Source: Candidatus Shapirobacteria bacterium (GTDB taxonomy: Bacteria; Patescibacteriota; Microgenomatia; UBA12405). Taken from it: a stretch of DNA of 64,000 nt. The stretch spans positions 419,324 to 483,323 of the forward strand of contig JACPHO010000001.1 in NCBI GenBank assembly GCA_016188545.1, read 5' to 3'. A program made the position numbers and the translations under genes. A model generated the notes under the pieces. That model was given only the letters and a program-made list of their open reading frames with translations. It made no database searches and was not told where the DNA came from. This document shows positions 18,514-28,579 of the stretch, piece after piece (position 1 is the first letter of the stretch; each line of letters starts with the position of its first letter).

Positions 18514-19966
18514 ACTAATACCTGAACTGGGGATAGTTCTATTAATCTCCACTCTCTATTTATTCACACGGGTTCAGTCTCTAACCATTTTACCTGTTTT
18601 TGGCGACGAAGCCATCTATCTTCGCTGGTCACAAATTATCAAAAGCGTCGATACCTTACGTTTTGTTCCCGTAACTGACGGCAAACAACCACTTTTCATG
18701 TGGATCACCGTGGCTTTCTTTAAAATATTTTCTGACCCGTTATTCTCAGGACGCTTATTATCTGTTTTTTCCGGACTATTAAACTTACTCAGTCTTTATT
18801 TTATTGGCCGGTTTTTTATATCTCGAAAAGTAGCCATTATCTCTTCGATTGTTTACCTCATATTACCTTTTACATTTTTTTTCGACAGACTTTCTCTTCC
18901 CGACAGCCTTTTGTCGGCCCTGGGTTCACTGTCCTTATTATTTAGTATTTTACTAGCCAAGTATCCTCGGCTTGATCTAGCCATGATCTTAGGAATAATT
19001 CTTGGTTTATCTTGGCTGACTAAGTCACCGGCGATATATTTTATAACTTTGTCAGCCTTCACTTTTATTCTCTACAATCCTAAAAACATTAAAAAAATCT
19101 ACCTACCAGCTGTTTCAGTCGTGTTCTCATTTGTAATCTACAACATTCTCCGACTTGGTCCTCAGTTTTCGCAGATTAATATTAGAAACCGTGACTATGT
19201 TTGGGGAATTTCTGATATAATCTCGCACCCACTCGATCCTTTTATTCCCCACCTTCGAGACTTATTTGTTTTGTATTCACAATATATTTCTATTCCTTTA
19301 TTAATTGTTTCACTACTGGGAATTTTAATTTATCGCCAAAAACTAAATCACAAAATATTTTTCATTCTTTTATCCTGGTGGGTTCTCCCACTTGTAGCCA
19401 ACATGATGTTTGCCAAAGTTTTCACTGGTAGGTACATTCTTTTCACCGTTCCACCTCTAATCATTCTCATGTCCATCGGACTAAGTCAGTTTAAATTGTC
19501 ACTAAAATATACACTCGTCGTTCTTACAGTACTATGTACTCCCGGACTTATGTTTATTTGGAACATGTCAACCAACCCATTCATAGTCAAGCTCTATAGC
19601 ACTGAAAGTGGTTATGTCTCAAGCTGGACATCGGGCTGGGGGATTCAGGAAGCTTCCACTTATCTTATTAGTCGTTCACACAGTGCCAACGTCATTGTTG
19701 GTACCGAAGGCTATTTTGGCACTCTCCCCGACGGACTTCAAATCTACACAAACCAAATACCTCAGCTTACTGTCTTCGGTGTGGGACTAGATCTAACTTC
19801 AGTTCCTGAAAAACTTATTGATGCTCGTAATCACGGAGACGAAGTCTATATGTTATTTAACCGTTCCCGACTAAAACTCACCCCAAGTGATTCATCTCTG
19901 CTCACAAAAGTATCCTCCTATTCCAAGCCGGATGGAGATGAACTACTATTATTAAAGCTAAACTAA
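18503..19966 (+). CDS. ArnT/PMT-family GT-C membrane glycosyltransferase (GT39/GT83-like)
   Basis: First periplasmic loop FGDEAIYLRW has the ArnT/PMT DE signature. Multi-TM N-terminal domain plus a C-terminal soluble region. Confidence 0.6.
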   Translation: MKNKLIPELGIVLLISTLYLFTRVQSLTILPVFGDEAIYLRWSQIIKSVDTLRFVPVTDGKQPLFMWITVAFFKIFSDPLFSGRLLSVFSGLLNLLSLYFIGRFFISRKVAIISSIVYLILPFTFFFDRLSLPDSLLSALGSLSLLFSILLAKYPRLDLAMILGIILGLSWLTKSPAIYFITLSAFTFILYNPKNIKKIYLPAVSVVFSFVIYNILRLGPQFSQINIRNRDYVWGISDIISHPLDPFIPHLRDLFVLYSQYISIPLLIVSLLGILIYRQKLNHKIFFILLSWWVLPLVANMMFAKVFTGRYILFTVPPLIILMSIGLSQFKLSLKYTLVVLTVLCTPGLMFIWNMSTNPFIVKLYSTESGYVSSWTSGWGIQEASTYLISRSHSANVIVGTEGYFGTLPDGLQIYTNQIPQLTVFGVGLDLTSVPEKLIDARNHGDEVYMLFNRSRLKLTPSDSSLLTKVSSYSKPDGDELLLLKLN

Positions 19967-19967
19967 T

Positions 19968-21659
19968 ATGTTCACCCGCCTCAAGCCACTAATAATCCTG
20001 CTAGTTCTAATAATCCCCAGTATATCTTTCTTTTTTAAACCAGGCGTTTATTGGAACATGCACGATGATATGCAGCTTATTCGACAGTTAGAAATGGAAA
20101 AATGCATCCTCGACGGACAAATTCCTTGTCGTTGGACACCTGACCTTGGCTACGGTTACGGATACCCCTTGTTCAACTTCTACCCACCACTCCCATATTT
20201 TGTTGGTGAGGTGTTTCGAGTATTAGGTTTTTCATTTATATCCACTATCAAACTAACCGCCGCTCTCCAATTCATTGTCGCCGCCTTAGGAATGTATTTA
20301 CTTGTCACTTCTATTTTTGGACCCATCTCCGGACTCGTAGCTTCGCTTCTATACAATTACGCACCGTATCACTCTGTAAACGTTTATATAAGAGGAGCAA
20401 TGAACGAAGCCTGGGCAGCAACATTTTTCCCTTTTATCTTCTACTTTGGACGCCTTGCAATCATCAAAAAAAATCTTTTCTCCCACCTTCTCCTAACCCT
20501 TTCCTATAGTCTATTACTCCTATCTCACAACCCTATGGCGCTTACATTCAGTCCGTTTTTGGGTATCTGGCTACTTTACTGGCTTATCAGCAGTTATGGC
20601 TTTACCAAAGAAACTTTTCTTAGGACTTTTACACTCGGCATATCACTTATTTTTTCAGTTTTAATTTCCGGATTCTTCACCTTCCCAGTCCTATTTGAAT
20701 CTAAAATGGTGCAAATAGAATCCATGTTTCAAAACTACTACCACTTCTCAGTCCATTTTGTCTCTTTTTATCAATTATTTATTAGCAATTTTTGGGGCGA
20801 TGGGCCATCGGTTTGGGGGACTACCGATGGAATGTCATTTTCAGTTGGGTACCTCCATTGGGGTATTGCTCTAATTTCCTTACTTCTAGTATTTTTTAAT
20901 TATCTAAAAACTCGTCGCATCACCTGGCTACCAATCATATTATTTATCGCCTCCTTTTTTAGCATATTCTTAGTCCATGAGCGATCCACACCTATTTGGA
21001 GCGTTATAGGTATCATCCAAAAAGTCCAGTTCCCATGGCGTTTTCTAAACATCTCAGCATTTCTACTGTCCCTACTTGCCGGCACTGTCATTTCACTACT
21101 CCCTCAAAAACCACACATTCGACTTTTTAGTTTATTCACCATCACTCTGCTCATATTTGCTTTATATCAGCCATTATTTACACCTGTCACTTCCGGGCCT
21201 ATAAACGATGACCAGAAATTCGCAGGTAAAGCCTGGGTAAATCAAGTTACCGGAGGTATCTACGATTATCTACCCAAAACTGCTCTTACAGCAGCTAAAG
21301 CACCAGCAAAAGAATATGTTGATGAAATCAACCTCCTTCCAGATGAATATACGTTATCTGGTCAAAAGAAAGGTACTGACTGGATGTTTTTTAATACTAG
21401 CCTAAAAAAACCAGCTAAAGTTACCTTACCTGTTCTTTACTTTCCAAACTTTGTTTTACTCGTTGACAACATCACTACAAGCATCAGCCCTGAATCATCC
21501 CTCGGAAGAATTACTTTTGAATTAACTCCCGGAGATCATCAAGTATATCTAAAACTTCATGACACTCCTGTTAGAACTACCTCTAATATTTTATCCTTAT
21601 TTTCCATACTTCTTTTTTCAAGTCTACTGTTCACCACCCTATGGAAATCCAAGAAGTAG
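19968..21659 (+). CDS. Large polytopic membrane protein, YfhO-like/GT-C candidate (paralog of 41777..43360)
   Basis: N-terminal signature MHDDMQLIRQLEMEKCILDGQIPCRWTPDLGYGYGYPLFNFYPPLPYF is shared with the 41777 protein. ~13 TM segments and a C-terminal domain. Confidence 0.5.
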   Translation: MFTRLKPLIILLVLIIPSISFFFKPGVYWNMHDDMQLIRQLEMEKCILDGQIPCRWTPDLGYGYGYPLFNFYPPLPYFVGEVFRVLGFSFISTIKLTAALQFIVAALGMYLLVTSIFGPISGLVASLLYNYAPYHSVNVYIRGAMNEAWAATFFPFIFYFGRLAIIKKNLFSHLLLTLSYSLLLLSHNPMALTFSPFLGIWLLYWLISSYGFTKETFLRTFTLGISLIFSVLISGFFTFPVLFESKMVQIESMFQNYYHFSVHFVSFYQLFISNFWGDGPSVWGTTDGMSFSVGYLHWGIALISLLLVFFNYLKTRRITWLPIILFIASFFSIFLVHERSTPIWSVIGIIQKVQFPWRFLNISAFLLSLLAGTVISLLPQKPHIRLFSLFTITLLIFALYQPLFTPVTSGPINDDQKFAGKAWVNQVTGGIYDYLPKTALTAAKAPAKEYVDEINLLPDEYTLSGQKKGTDWMFFNTSLKKPAKVTLPVLYFPNFVLLVDNITTSISPESSLGRITFELTPGDHQVYLKLHDTPVRTTSNILSLFSILLFSSLLFTTLWKSKK

Positions 21660-23098
21660 AAAATATAAAAATCAAGACGACCATCAGTATCATTTTTTTA
21701 ACTATAAGGAACTTTGGGATCCAGGCAGTTTCCATGCTTGGTTTTTTTATTCTCACCATTCTACTCGGAACTGGAGAAATTGGGTTATTTGCCATAGTCG
21801 CCGAATCAGTTAGTATTCTTGGATATTTTTCCGATGTTGGTTTAGCACCTACTCTAATCCAACAAAAACACCTACCCACCATAAAGCAACTTCGCACCTC
21901 CTTTTTCATCCAGCAGGTCTTGGTCATAATAGCCTTAATAGTTGTTGCGATCATCTACCCTAAAATAAGTCTTTCGCGTTCCTACGGATCAAAAGAAATG
22001 TGGATCACCATATCACTCTGTTTTTCTTTTTTAGCCGCTTCGCTTAAGACAGTCCCCTCAATTCTTCTAGAAAGGGAATTAAACTTTAAATTACTATCAA
22101 CCATCGACATAATTGAAAATCTTGTTTTCTATATTGTCGCAGTCACCTTTGCCTTTATGGGGTTTGGAGGCTATTCATACGCAATAGCAACTTTTTGTCG
22201 GAGTATCTTAGGTTTGATAATTATTTATTACCGTGCCCCTTGGAGTATTGGCATTTATTTTTCTCTCGATACAGCCAAAGAATTATTTAAGTACGGCATA
22301 CCTTTCCAGCTGAACTCCTTTATTGCCATGGCCAAAGACAGGCTTTCAAACCTACTTGTAGCTGGCATTATTGGTCGTGATTCTTTTGGCCTACTAGCCT
22401 GGTCTCAAAAAGGTCCCCGAATTCCTCTTAACTTTATGGATGCTATTATGAAAGTTACCTTCCCCACCTTTGCTAGAATTCAAGACGAGCCAGAACTTCT
22501 TAAAAAATCCCTGTCTCGAAGTATATTCTTTATTGCAGTAGTTGTATTCCCCGCTCTGGCAGGCATATCGGTAATTGCCCCCGATCTAATTAGCATAATT
22601 CCCAAGTATTCCAAATGGGCACCAGCAATTCTTCCTATGTACTTATTTGCCATCAATGCGGCAATTGCGGCCGTTACTACTCCACTTACCAATGCCTTCA
22701 ACGCGGTAGGTAAAATAACAATTACCACTCGACTGATGATAATGTGGACAGTTTTGACTTGGATATTTTTCCCAATTCTTAGTAAACAGTATGGATATAT
22801 TGGTACTGCCACAGCCAACCTAATTGTTGGGTTGAGTTCTTTTATCGTCTGGCTTATCGCCAGAGATATATTTGGTATAAATGTCCTCAAAACAATTATT
22901 CACCCCCTAATTGCCACTCTCCTGATAGTTATCTCGGCGCTAGCTATAGATATGTTAGAAGTTTCTCACTTGAATAGTATATTTATAAAAATATTCATCG
23001 GGACATTTATTTACATCAGCTACCAATATCGATTTACATTTAACGAGATCACTTGGTTTTATAAACAGCTAAAATGGCTAAAAGTCAAAAAATCATAA
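21641..23098 (+). CDS. Wzx-like oligosaccharide flippase (MOP/polysaccharide biosynthesis protein family)
   Basis: 485 aa, ~12-14 TM helices, Polysacc_synt-like N-terminus (LGTGEIGLFAIVAESVSILGYFSDVGLAPTLIQ). Confidence 0.62.
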   Translation: MEIQEVENIKIKTTISIIFLTIRNFGIQAVSMLGFFILTILLGTGEIGLFAIVAESVSILGYFSDVGLAPTLIQQKHLPTIKQLRTSFFIQQVLVIIALIVVAIIYPKISLSRSYGSKEMWITISLCFSFLAASLKTVPSILLERELNFKLLSTIDIIENLVFYIVAVTFAFMGFGGYSYAIATFCRSILGLIIIYYRAPWSIGIYFSLDTAKELFKYGIPFQLNSFIAMAKDRLSNLLVAGIIGRDSFGLLAWSQKGPRIPLNFMDAIMKVTFPTFARIQDEPELLKKSLSRSIFFIAVVVFPALAGISVIAPDLISIIPKYSKWAPAILPMYLFAINAAIAAVTTPLTNAFNAVGKITITTRLMIMWTVLTWIFFPILSKQYGYIGTATANLIVGLSSFIVWLIARDIFGINVLKTIIHPLIATLLIVISALAIDMLEVSHLNSIFIKIFIGTFIYISYQYRFTFNEITWFYKQLKWLKVKKS

Positions 23099-24759
23099 CT
23101 ATTGTACTATTTATTATCTGCGTTATTATCCAGATAATTCCTCTAATTAAAAGTGGACTAACCTACAGTTATGGTATTGGATATTGGGGAGCCATGGGAC
23201 ATGATGGAGTTTGGCACCAAAGTCTAAGCTCACAAATAACTAATCCATTAAACCTTACCTTACCTATGTACCATTCCACTCCTCTTCAGGGATACCATCC
23301 TTTTTATAACATTTTAGTAAACACACTCCATCGCCTTACGTTTCTGCCTATAAGTCTTATAATATTTCAGGTTATTCCAATATTAACTGCAATTACCTTT
23401 TGTATATTAAGCTATAAAATTGGCGTCCTTTTGACTAAAGAAAAACTTGGTGGATATACGTTACTGATACTTAACACCACTGCCAATTCTTTTGGCTGGA
23501 TAGTCTCTGTCCTGAGAAATGGGACTCTTTCTGGAGAAAGTATGTTTTGGGCTATGCAAGCTCCATCCAATCAAATTAACCCACCATATCAACTTTCTCT
23601 AGTCTTAATACTAGCTCTTATCTACATTCTTCTCCGGGCTCTAAAACTGAAAAGACTAACCCTTCCTTCGTCCCTGACGATAGTTCTAATACTGGTCCTC
23701 CTGCCTATTACTAAAGTTTATTCAGCACCTCTCGGATTTGGACTGTTTTTCTTCTACGCCTTTTATAACATTTACCTATTTAAAAATTTCCGACCTCTAG
23801 TCATCCTGATAGTTTCTTTAATTTTTTCAGCGGCACTTTTCTTTAACTACAACCGAACCAGTTTATCTCTACTAGAGTTTCATCCTTTCTGGTTTATCAA
23901 CAGTATGATTGAGTCACCAGATAGACTATACATTCCTCGTCTGGCAAATATGCGCTATACATTAGAGTCATCTGGAAATATCGGACCCAGATTTCTTGCA
24001 CTCCAATCTCTCACTTTTATTATATTTATCATCGGCAATTTCGGCTGGCGTGTCTTAGGGTTTATTCCCCAAAAGAAGACGAGATACCTTAATTGGGTAC
24101 TTAATATTCTCATTCTACTTACCATCCTAATTCCTACATTTTTTATCCAAAAGGGGACTAGTTGGAACACCATTCAATTTATGTATTATGGTCTTTTTCT
24201 AGGTAACATCGGCCTAACTATATTTATACTTTCTCAAAAGAAACCGATTCGCCATACCCTACTTATAGGCATCATCATTTCATCAGCCCTACCATTAATT
24301 GGTTCTCTCCCTCAATATTTGGGTTCTCTGCCACCATCAGCTCTACCAGCTAACGAAGTAAACGCCCTTACATTTTTGTCATCACAGCCAAAAGGTATAG
24401 TTCTAACAGTCCCCTTCGATTCTTTTCAAAAATATAATTTCGATACTACTCCTATACCACTCTATGCTTATGAAACCACCAGCTATGTCTCAGCCTATTC
24501 AAAACATCCAACATTTCTAGAGGATGAAATGAACTTAGGCAATTCCGGAATTGTATATAAACCGTTGTTAGATGCCTCAACTAAATTTTTTGAACAAAAA
24601 AATGTCTTTCAAGATAGGGGATTCCTAGTAAATAATCAAATAGACTATATCTATCTCACCGGCTTGCAAGTAGCTAAATTCCCCTTAAATAGTCAAGAAC
24701 TTTCGATCAAGGAGATCTATCATCAAGGCGATACACTTATCTACAGAGTCCTTAGATGA
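23074..24759 (+). CDS. Polytopic membrane protein with C-terminal extracytoplasmic domain (possible polymerase/GT-C; unknown)
   Basis: 561 aa with many TM segments and a ~150 aa soluble C-terminus. No recognised motif. Confidence 0.4.
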   Translation: MAKSQKIITIVLFIICVIIQIIPLIKSGLTYSYGIGYWGAMGHDGVWHQSLSSQITNPLNLTLPMYHSTPLQGYHPFYNILVNTLHRLTFLPISLIIFQVIPILTAITFCILSYKIGVLLTKEKLGGYTLLILNTTANSFGWIVSVLRNGTLSGESMFWAMQAPSNQINPPYQLSLVLILALIYILLRALKLKRLTLPSSLTIVLILVLLPITKVYSAPLGFGLFFFYAFYNIYLFKNFRPLVILIVSLIFSAALFFNYNRTSLSLLEFHPFWFINSMIESPDRLYIPRLANMRYTLESSGNIGPRFLALQSLTFIIFIIGNFGWRVLGFIPQKKTRYLNWVLNILILLTILIPTFFIQKGTSWNTIQFMYYGLFLGNIGLTIFILSQKKPIRHTLLIGIIISSALPLIGSLPQYLGSLPPSALPANEVNALTFLSSQPKGIVLTVPFDSFQKYNFDTTPIPLYAYETTSYVSAYSKHPTFLEDEMNLGNSGIVYKPLLDASTKFFEQKNVFQDRGFLVNNQIDYIYLTGLQVAKFPLNSQELSIKEIYHQGDTLIYRVLR

Positions 24760-25712
24760 TAAAATATACACACCTTATGAAACAAAAACCGCTGATTAGC
24801 GCCGTAATAAATGTCCGAAACGAAGGAGAAAATCTTAAAAAATGTCTTAAAACACTAAAAGGGTTTGCCGATGAGGTTATCGTTACCAACATGCATTCCA
24901 CCGATAATAGTCGTGAAATAGCTGTAAACGCCGGAGCCAAGGTGTATGACTATAGATGGCTAAAGCACGTCGAACCTGCCCGTAATTACGGTCTTAGCAA
25001 AGCCTCCGGTAAGTGGATAGTACTTCTCGACCCAGATGAATATCTAAATAAAACGCTCAAAGCTGAACTGCTCAAGATTACCAAACGCTCCGATGTCGAC
25101 TGGGTCCGTATTCCCCGAAAAAACATTATATTCGACAAGTGGATTCGTCACTCGCGTTGTTGGCCTGACTATCTTATTCGTTTTTTCAAAAAAAATCATG
25201 TCACTTGGAAGAATGAAATTCATTCGCAACCTCATACTACAGGTAATGGCTTAACTATTCTCGACAGTGAAAAATTAGCTCTACGTCATATAAATTATTC
25301 CACCATTACTCAATACCTCAACCAAACTATCCGCTATAGCCATATCCAAGCAGACGAGCTCAAAGCTGCGGGTTATAAGCTAAAGATCTCCGACCTTATC
25401 CTCAAACCGATGCAGGAATTCAATAGTCGCTTTTATTTCGCTGAAGGATTCAAAGACGGTATGCACGGACTGGTTTTTTGTCTACTTCAAAGCTTTGCTA
25501 TCGGGTTCATTTACATTCGACTTTGGGAAAAGTACGGTTTTACTGACAAAGTATTATCAAAAGAGTCTTTTGTCTCAGCTACCCAGGAAGGACTTTTTGA
25601 ACATAGTTTCTGGTTTACTAAGTTTTATTTTCAGGAATACTCTCACAATCCCGTCACCAATTTAATTATTCGCATTCGACACTTTTTTTGTCGGCTTACC
25701 AAAAATCTATAA
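24756..25712 (+). CDS. Glycosyltransferase family 2
   Basis: ISAVINVRNEGENLKKCL N-terminus with the LLDPDE DxD-like motif. ATGA overlap with the upstream gene. Confidence 0.7.
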   Translation: MIKYTHLMKQKPLISAVINVRNEGENLKKCLKTLKGFADEVIVTNMHSTDNSREIAVNAGAKVYDYRWLKHVEPARNYGLSKASGKWIVLLDPDEYLNKTLKAELLKITKRSDVDWVRIPRKNIIFDKWIRHSRCWPDYLIRFFKKNHVTWKNEIHSQPHTTGNGLTILDSEKLALRHINYSTITQYLNQTIRYSHIQADELKAAGYKLKISDLILKPMQEFNSRFYFAEGFKDGMHGLVFCLLQSFAIGFIYIRLWEKYGFTDKVLSKESFVSATQEGLFEHSFWFTKFYFQEYSHNPVTNLIIRIRHFFCRLTKNL

Positions 25713-26632
25713 TGGATTACATCAGCATAATTGTCTTAAACTGGAGAACACCTGTCCTAACCATAGATACTGTTTACTCACTACTCAAGATTGAACATAC
25801 GGACTTCAAATACAAAATATTTATTATCGATAATGGCTCAGGTGACGGATCTGTCGATCAATTCAAAAAAGAGTTTTCCAATAACCGGTTAGTTTCCATT
25901 CACGACACCGGATCTAACCTTGGTTATGTCGATGGTAACAATTATGGAATTAATATTGCCATTAAAGAAAAACCTAACTATATACTTGTTATAAATAGCG
26001 ATGTTATCGCCAAAAAAGACTTTCTTTCAGTGCTTCACAGCTTCCTGGTAAAAAACAAAAATTATGGTATGGTTGGACCAAAAATTTACTTCGCACCTGG
26101 TTATGAGTTTCATAAAGAACGATACACCGAAAAGGAAAAAGGCAAAGTATTCTGGAGTGTCGGTGGCAAGATTGATTGGCAAAATGTTTATGGCTCAAAC
26201 CTAGGAATTGACGAGGTCGACCACGGACAGTACGACTCCAACAATCCTTCCATAGACTATCTAAGTGGCTGCTGTCTTCTGATCAGAACCTCGGTCATCA
26301 AAGAAATCGGACCATTTGATAGTCGTTATTTTATGTATTCCGAAGATGCAGATTATTCTAGAAAAATTCTTAAACACGACCACAAGATAGCTTATATTTG
26401 GAAATCAGTTTTATGGCATGTAAACTCTGGTTCATCTGGTAGGGGACCTATTCATGACTATTTTCTGACACGCAACCGACTCCTTTTTGGATTTCGCTAC
26501 TGTTCATTTCGTACCAAGTTTGCCCTTTTCCGAGATTCAATTAAAATCATCCTGTCTTCACCATATCCATGGCAGCGGATTGGAGTTCGTGACTTTTATA
26601 TCAATCGACTCAACAAGGGAAGTTGGAAATGA
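25712..26632 (+). CDS. Glycosyltransferase family 2 (rhamnosyltransferase-like)
   Basis: ISIIVLNWRTP...IIDNGSGDGS...LVINSDV. TAATG overlap, so start taken at 25712. The ORF-track start at 25688 is an alternative. Confidence 0.72.
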   Translation: MDYISIIVLNWRTPVLTIDTVYSLLKIEHTDFKYKIFIIDNGSGDGSVDQFKKEFSNNRLVSIHDTGSNLGYVDGNNYGINIAIKEKPNYILVINSDVIAKKDFLSVLHSFLVKNKNYGMVGPKIYFAPGYEFHKERYTEKEKGKVFWSVGGKIDWQNVYGSNLGIDEVDHGQYDSNNPSIDYLSGCCLLIRTSVIKEIGPFDSRYFMYSEDADYSRKILKHDHKIAYIWKSVLWHVNSGSSGRGPIHDYFLTRNRLLFGFRYCSFRTKFALFRDSIKIILSSPYPWQRIGVRDFYINRLNKGSWK

Positions 26633-27408
26633 AACAGGACTTATCAATAGTCATCATCTCAGGCAACGCCCAAAATAATATTAAAAGATGTCTCGAATCC
26701 TGTACATTTGCCAAAGAAATCATTTTAGTCGCCGCCAATTCTACCGACAACACGGTAAAAATAGCCAAATCAGTTGTTCCAAATGTAAAAATTACCCATT
26801 CTACAGATGGTTACAATCGCAACTTTAGTAAGTGGAGAAATTTGGGATGGAAAATGACTACCAAAAGGTGGATCCTTTATGTAGATACTGATGAGGTCAT
26901 AACCTCAGAACTCCAAGAAGAAATCATCAAGACTATAAATTCAAATAACCAACCCCATTCATACTATGTAATTCCTCGAAAAAACCATTTTTTGGGACAT
27001 CCTGTTAGTCACGGTGGAACATATCCCGATTACGTCAAGCGACTTTTCCACTCTCCCGACTTTCAAGGCTTCAAAGGAATTCTCCACGAAGAACCGGTCG
27101 TCACTGGTAGTTTTGGCTACTTCACGTCAGCATTTCTTCATTTCACACACCAAGACCTCAATTCTATGCTTAAAAAAAGCATTGTCTGGACAGACATGGA
27201 GGCACAAGCACTCTATCACGACAACCACCCACCAGTAGTCTGGTGGCGTTTCCCCCGGATGATGCTTACTAAGTTTTGGGAAAGACTTATTATCCAAAAC
27301 ATGTGGCGTGATGGTATAGTAGGATGGACATCAGTAATTTTTGAAATTTTTGATACATATATGATATATGCCAGATTATTCGAACTACAAAGGAATAACC
27401 ATGCTTAA
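26629..27408 (+). CDS. Glycosyltransferase family 2
   Basis: LSIVIISGNAQNNIKRCL...YVDTDE. ATGA overlap start. Confidence 0.7.
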   Translation: MKQDLSIVIISGNAQNNIKRCLESCTFAKEIILVAANSTDNTVKIAKSVVPNVKITHSTDGYNRNFSKWRNLGWKMTTKRWILYVDTDEVITSELQEEIIKTINSNNQPHSYYVIPRKNHFLGHPVSHGGTYPDYVKRLFHSPDFQGFKGILHEEPVVTGSFGYFTSAFLHFTHQDLNSMLKKSIVWTDMEAQALYHDNHPPVVWWRFPRMMLTKFWERLIIQNMWRDGIVGWTSVIFEIFDTYMIYARLFELQRNNHA

Positions 27409-28579
27409 AGCAGGTATCTATGACCCCTATTTAGATACTTTAGGAGGCGGTGAGCGCTATTGTCTAAGTGTCGTCGAAGTACTTCTAAAAAACAATTACA
27501 ACGTTGATATATTTTGGTCAGGCGACCAGGAAATTCTCCCAAAAGCCGAGAGGCGTTTCGGACTAGAGCTTTCCGGGGCGAACCTTGTTCCTGACATATT
27601 TCAAGAACATCCTCATCAAATAGAGAGTGTCGAAAACCAAGAAATCCTAAGTAGTATTGCCAGTCGTCGTTTTACTACTGACGACAGGATTACAAAAATA
27701 AAGAAAATTGTAAACAAAATAAAAATCACTCAACAATATGATGTTTTCTTCTATATAAGCGATTGGAGTATTCCCTTTCTTTTTTCCCGCAACAATCTAC
27801 TCCACATTCAACTTCCACTTGCCAAATCCATTCCTCTTCCCCAAAAAATAATCAACAAAATTAAACTATACAACTACAATAAAATTCTCTGCAACTCAGA
27901 ATTCACTATGAATGTCGCAGCACCTCGACTCGGATCAAAATGTACAGTCCTCTACCCACCTGTCGACACAAAACAGTTTAATCCCAATGGAACAAAGGAG
28001 AATATCATCCTTTCTGTGGGACGTTTTGACACACTCTTCAACTCGAAAAGACAAGAAGTCTTGATTGAGGCATTTAAAAAAATGTATGATCAAAAAAACA
28101 TTTTAGGCTGGAAACTAGTTTTAGCCGGCGGTGTTCTAAATCACATGGAAGAAAATAGTTTTCTAATCCGGTTAAAAGAAATGGGCAGCGGCTATCCAAT
28201 CGAGTTTCAAATAAATCCAGATTTTACTATTCTTAAAAGTATCTACGAGTCATCCAAAATCTATTGGCACGCTACTGGCTACAACGTTGACCAAGAATTA
28301 CATCCAGAAAATACTGAACATTTTGGTATTGCTCCAGTCGAAGCTATGGCCTCTGGTGCTGTTCCAATCTTAGTCGATAAAGGGGGACTTGGGGAAATTG
28401 TTACTGACGGTATCTCAGGATACCTCTGGAATACAACTGAAGAGCTTGTGGCAAAAACTCAATTACTAATAGGTTCCCCACAAACCATGTTGCAGATATC
28501 TCAAAAATCAATCGAGATAGCCTCGAAATACTCAAAAGAATCATTTGAAACTAACTTTAAAAGTATCTTAAACATATGA
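27401..28579 (+). CDS. Glycosyltransferase family 4 (GT-B, retaining)
   Basis: C-terminal EHFGIAPVEAMASGAVPI motif. N-terminus MLKAGIYDPYLDTLGGGERY. Start chosen at the overlap ATGCTTAA. Confidence 0.75.
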   Translation: MLKAGIYDPYLDTLGGGERYCLSVVEVLLKNNYNVDIFWSGDQEILPKAERRFGLELSGANLVPDIFQEHPHQIESVENQEILSSIASRRFTTDDRITKIKKIVNKIKITQQYDVFFYISDWSIPFLFSRNNLLHIQLPLAKSIPLPQKIINKIKLYNYNKILCNSEFTMNVAAPRLGSKCTVLYPPVDTKQFNPNGTKENIILSVGRFDTLFNSKRQEVLIEAFKKMYDQKNILGWKLVLAGGVLNHMEENSFLIRLKEMGSGYPIEFQINPDFTILKSIYESSKIYWHATGYNVDQELHPENTEHFGIAPVEAMASGAVPILVDKGGLGEIVTDGISGYLWNTTEELVAKTQLLIGSPQTMLQISQKSIEIASKYSKESFETNFKSILNI

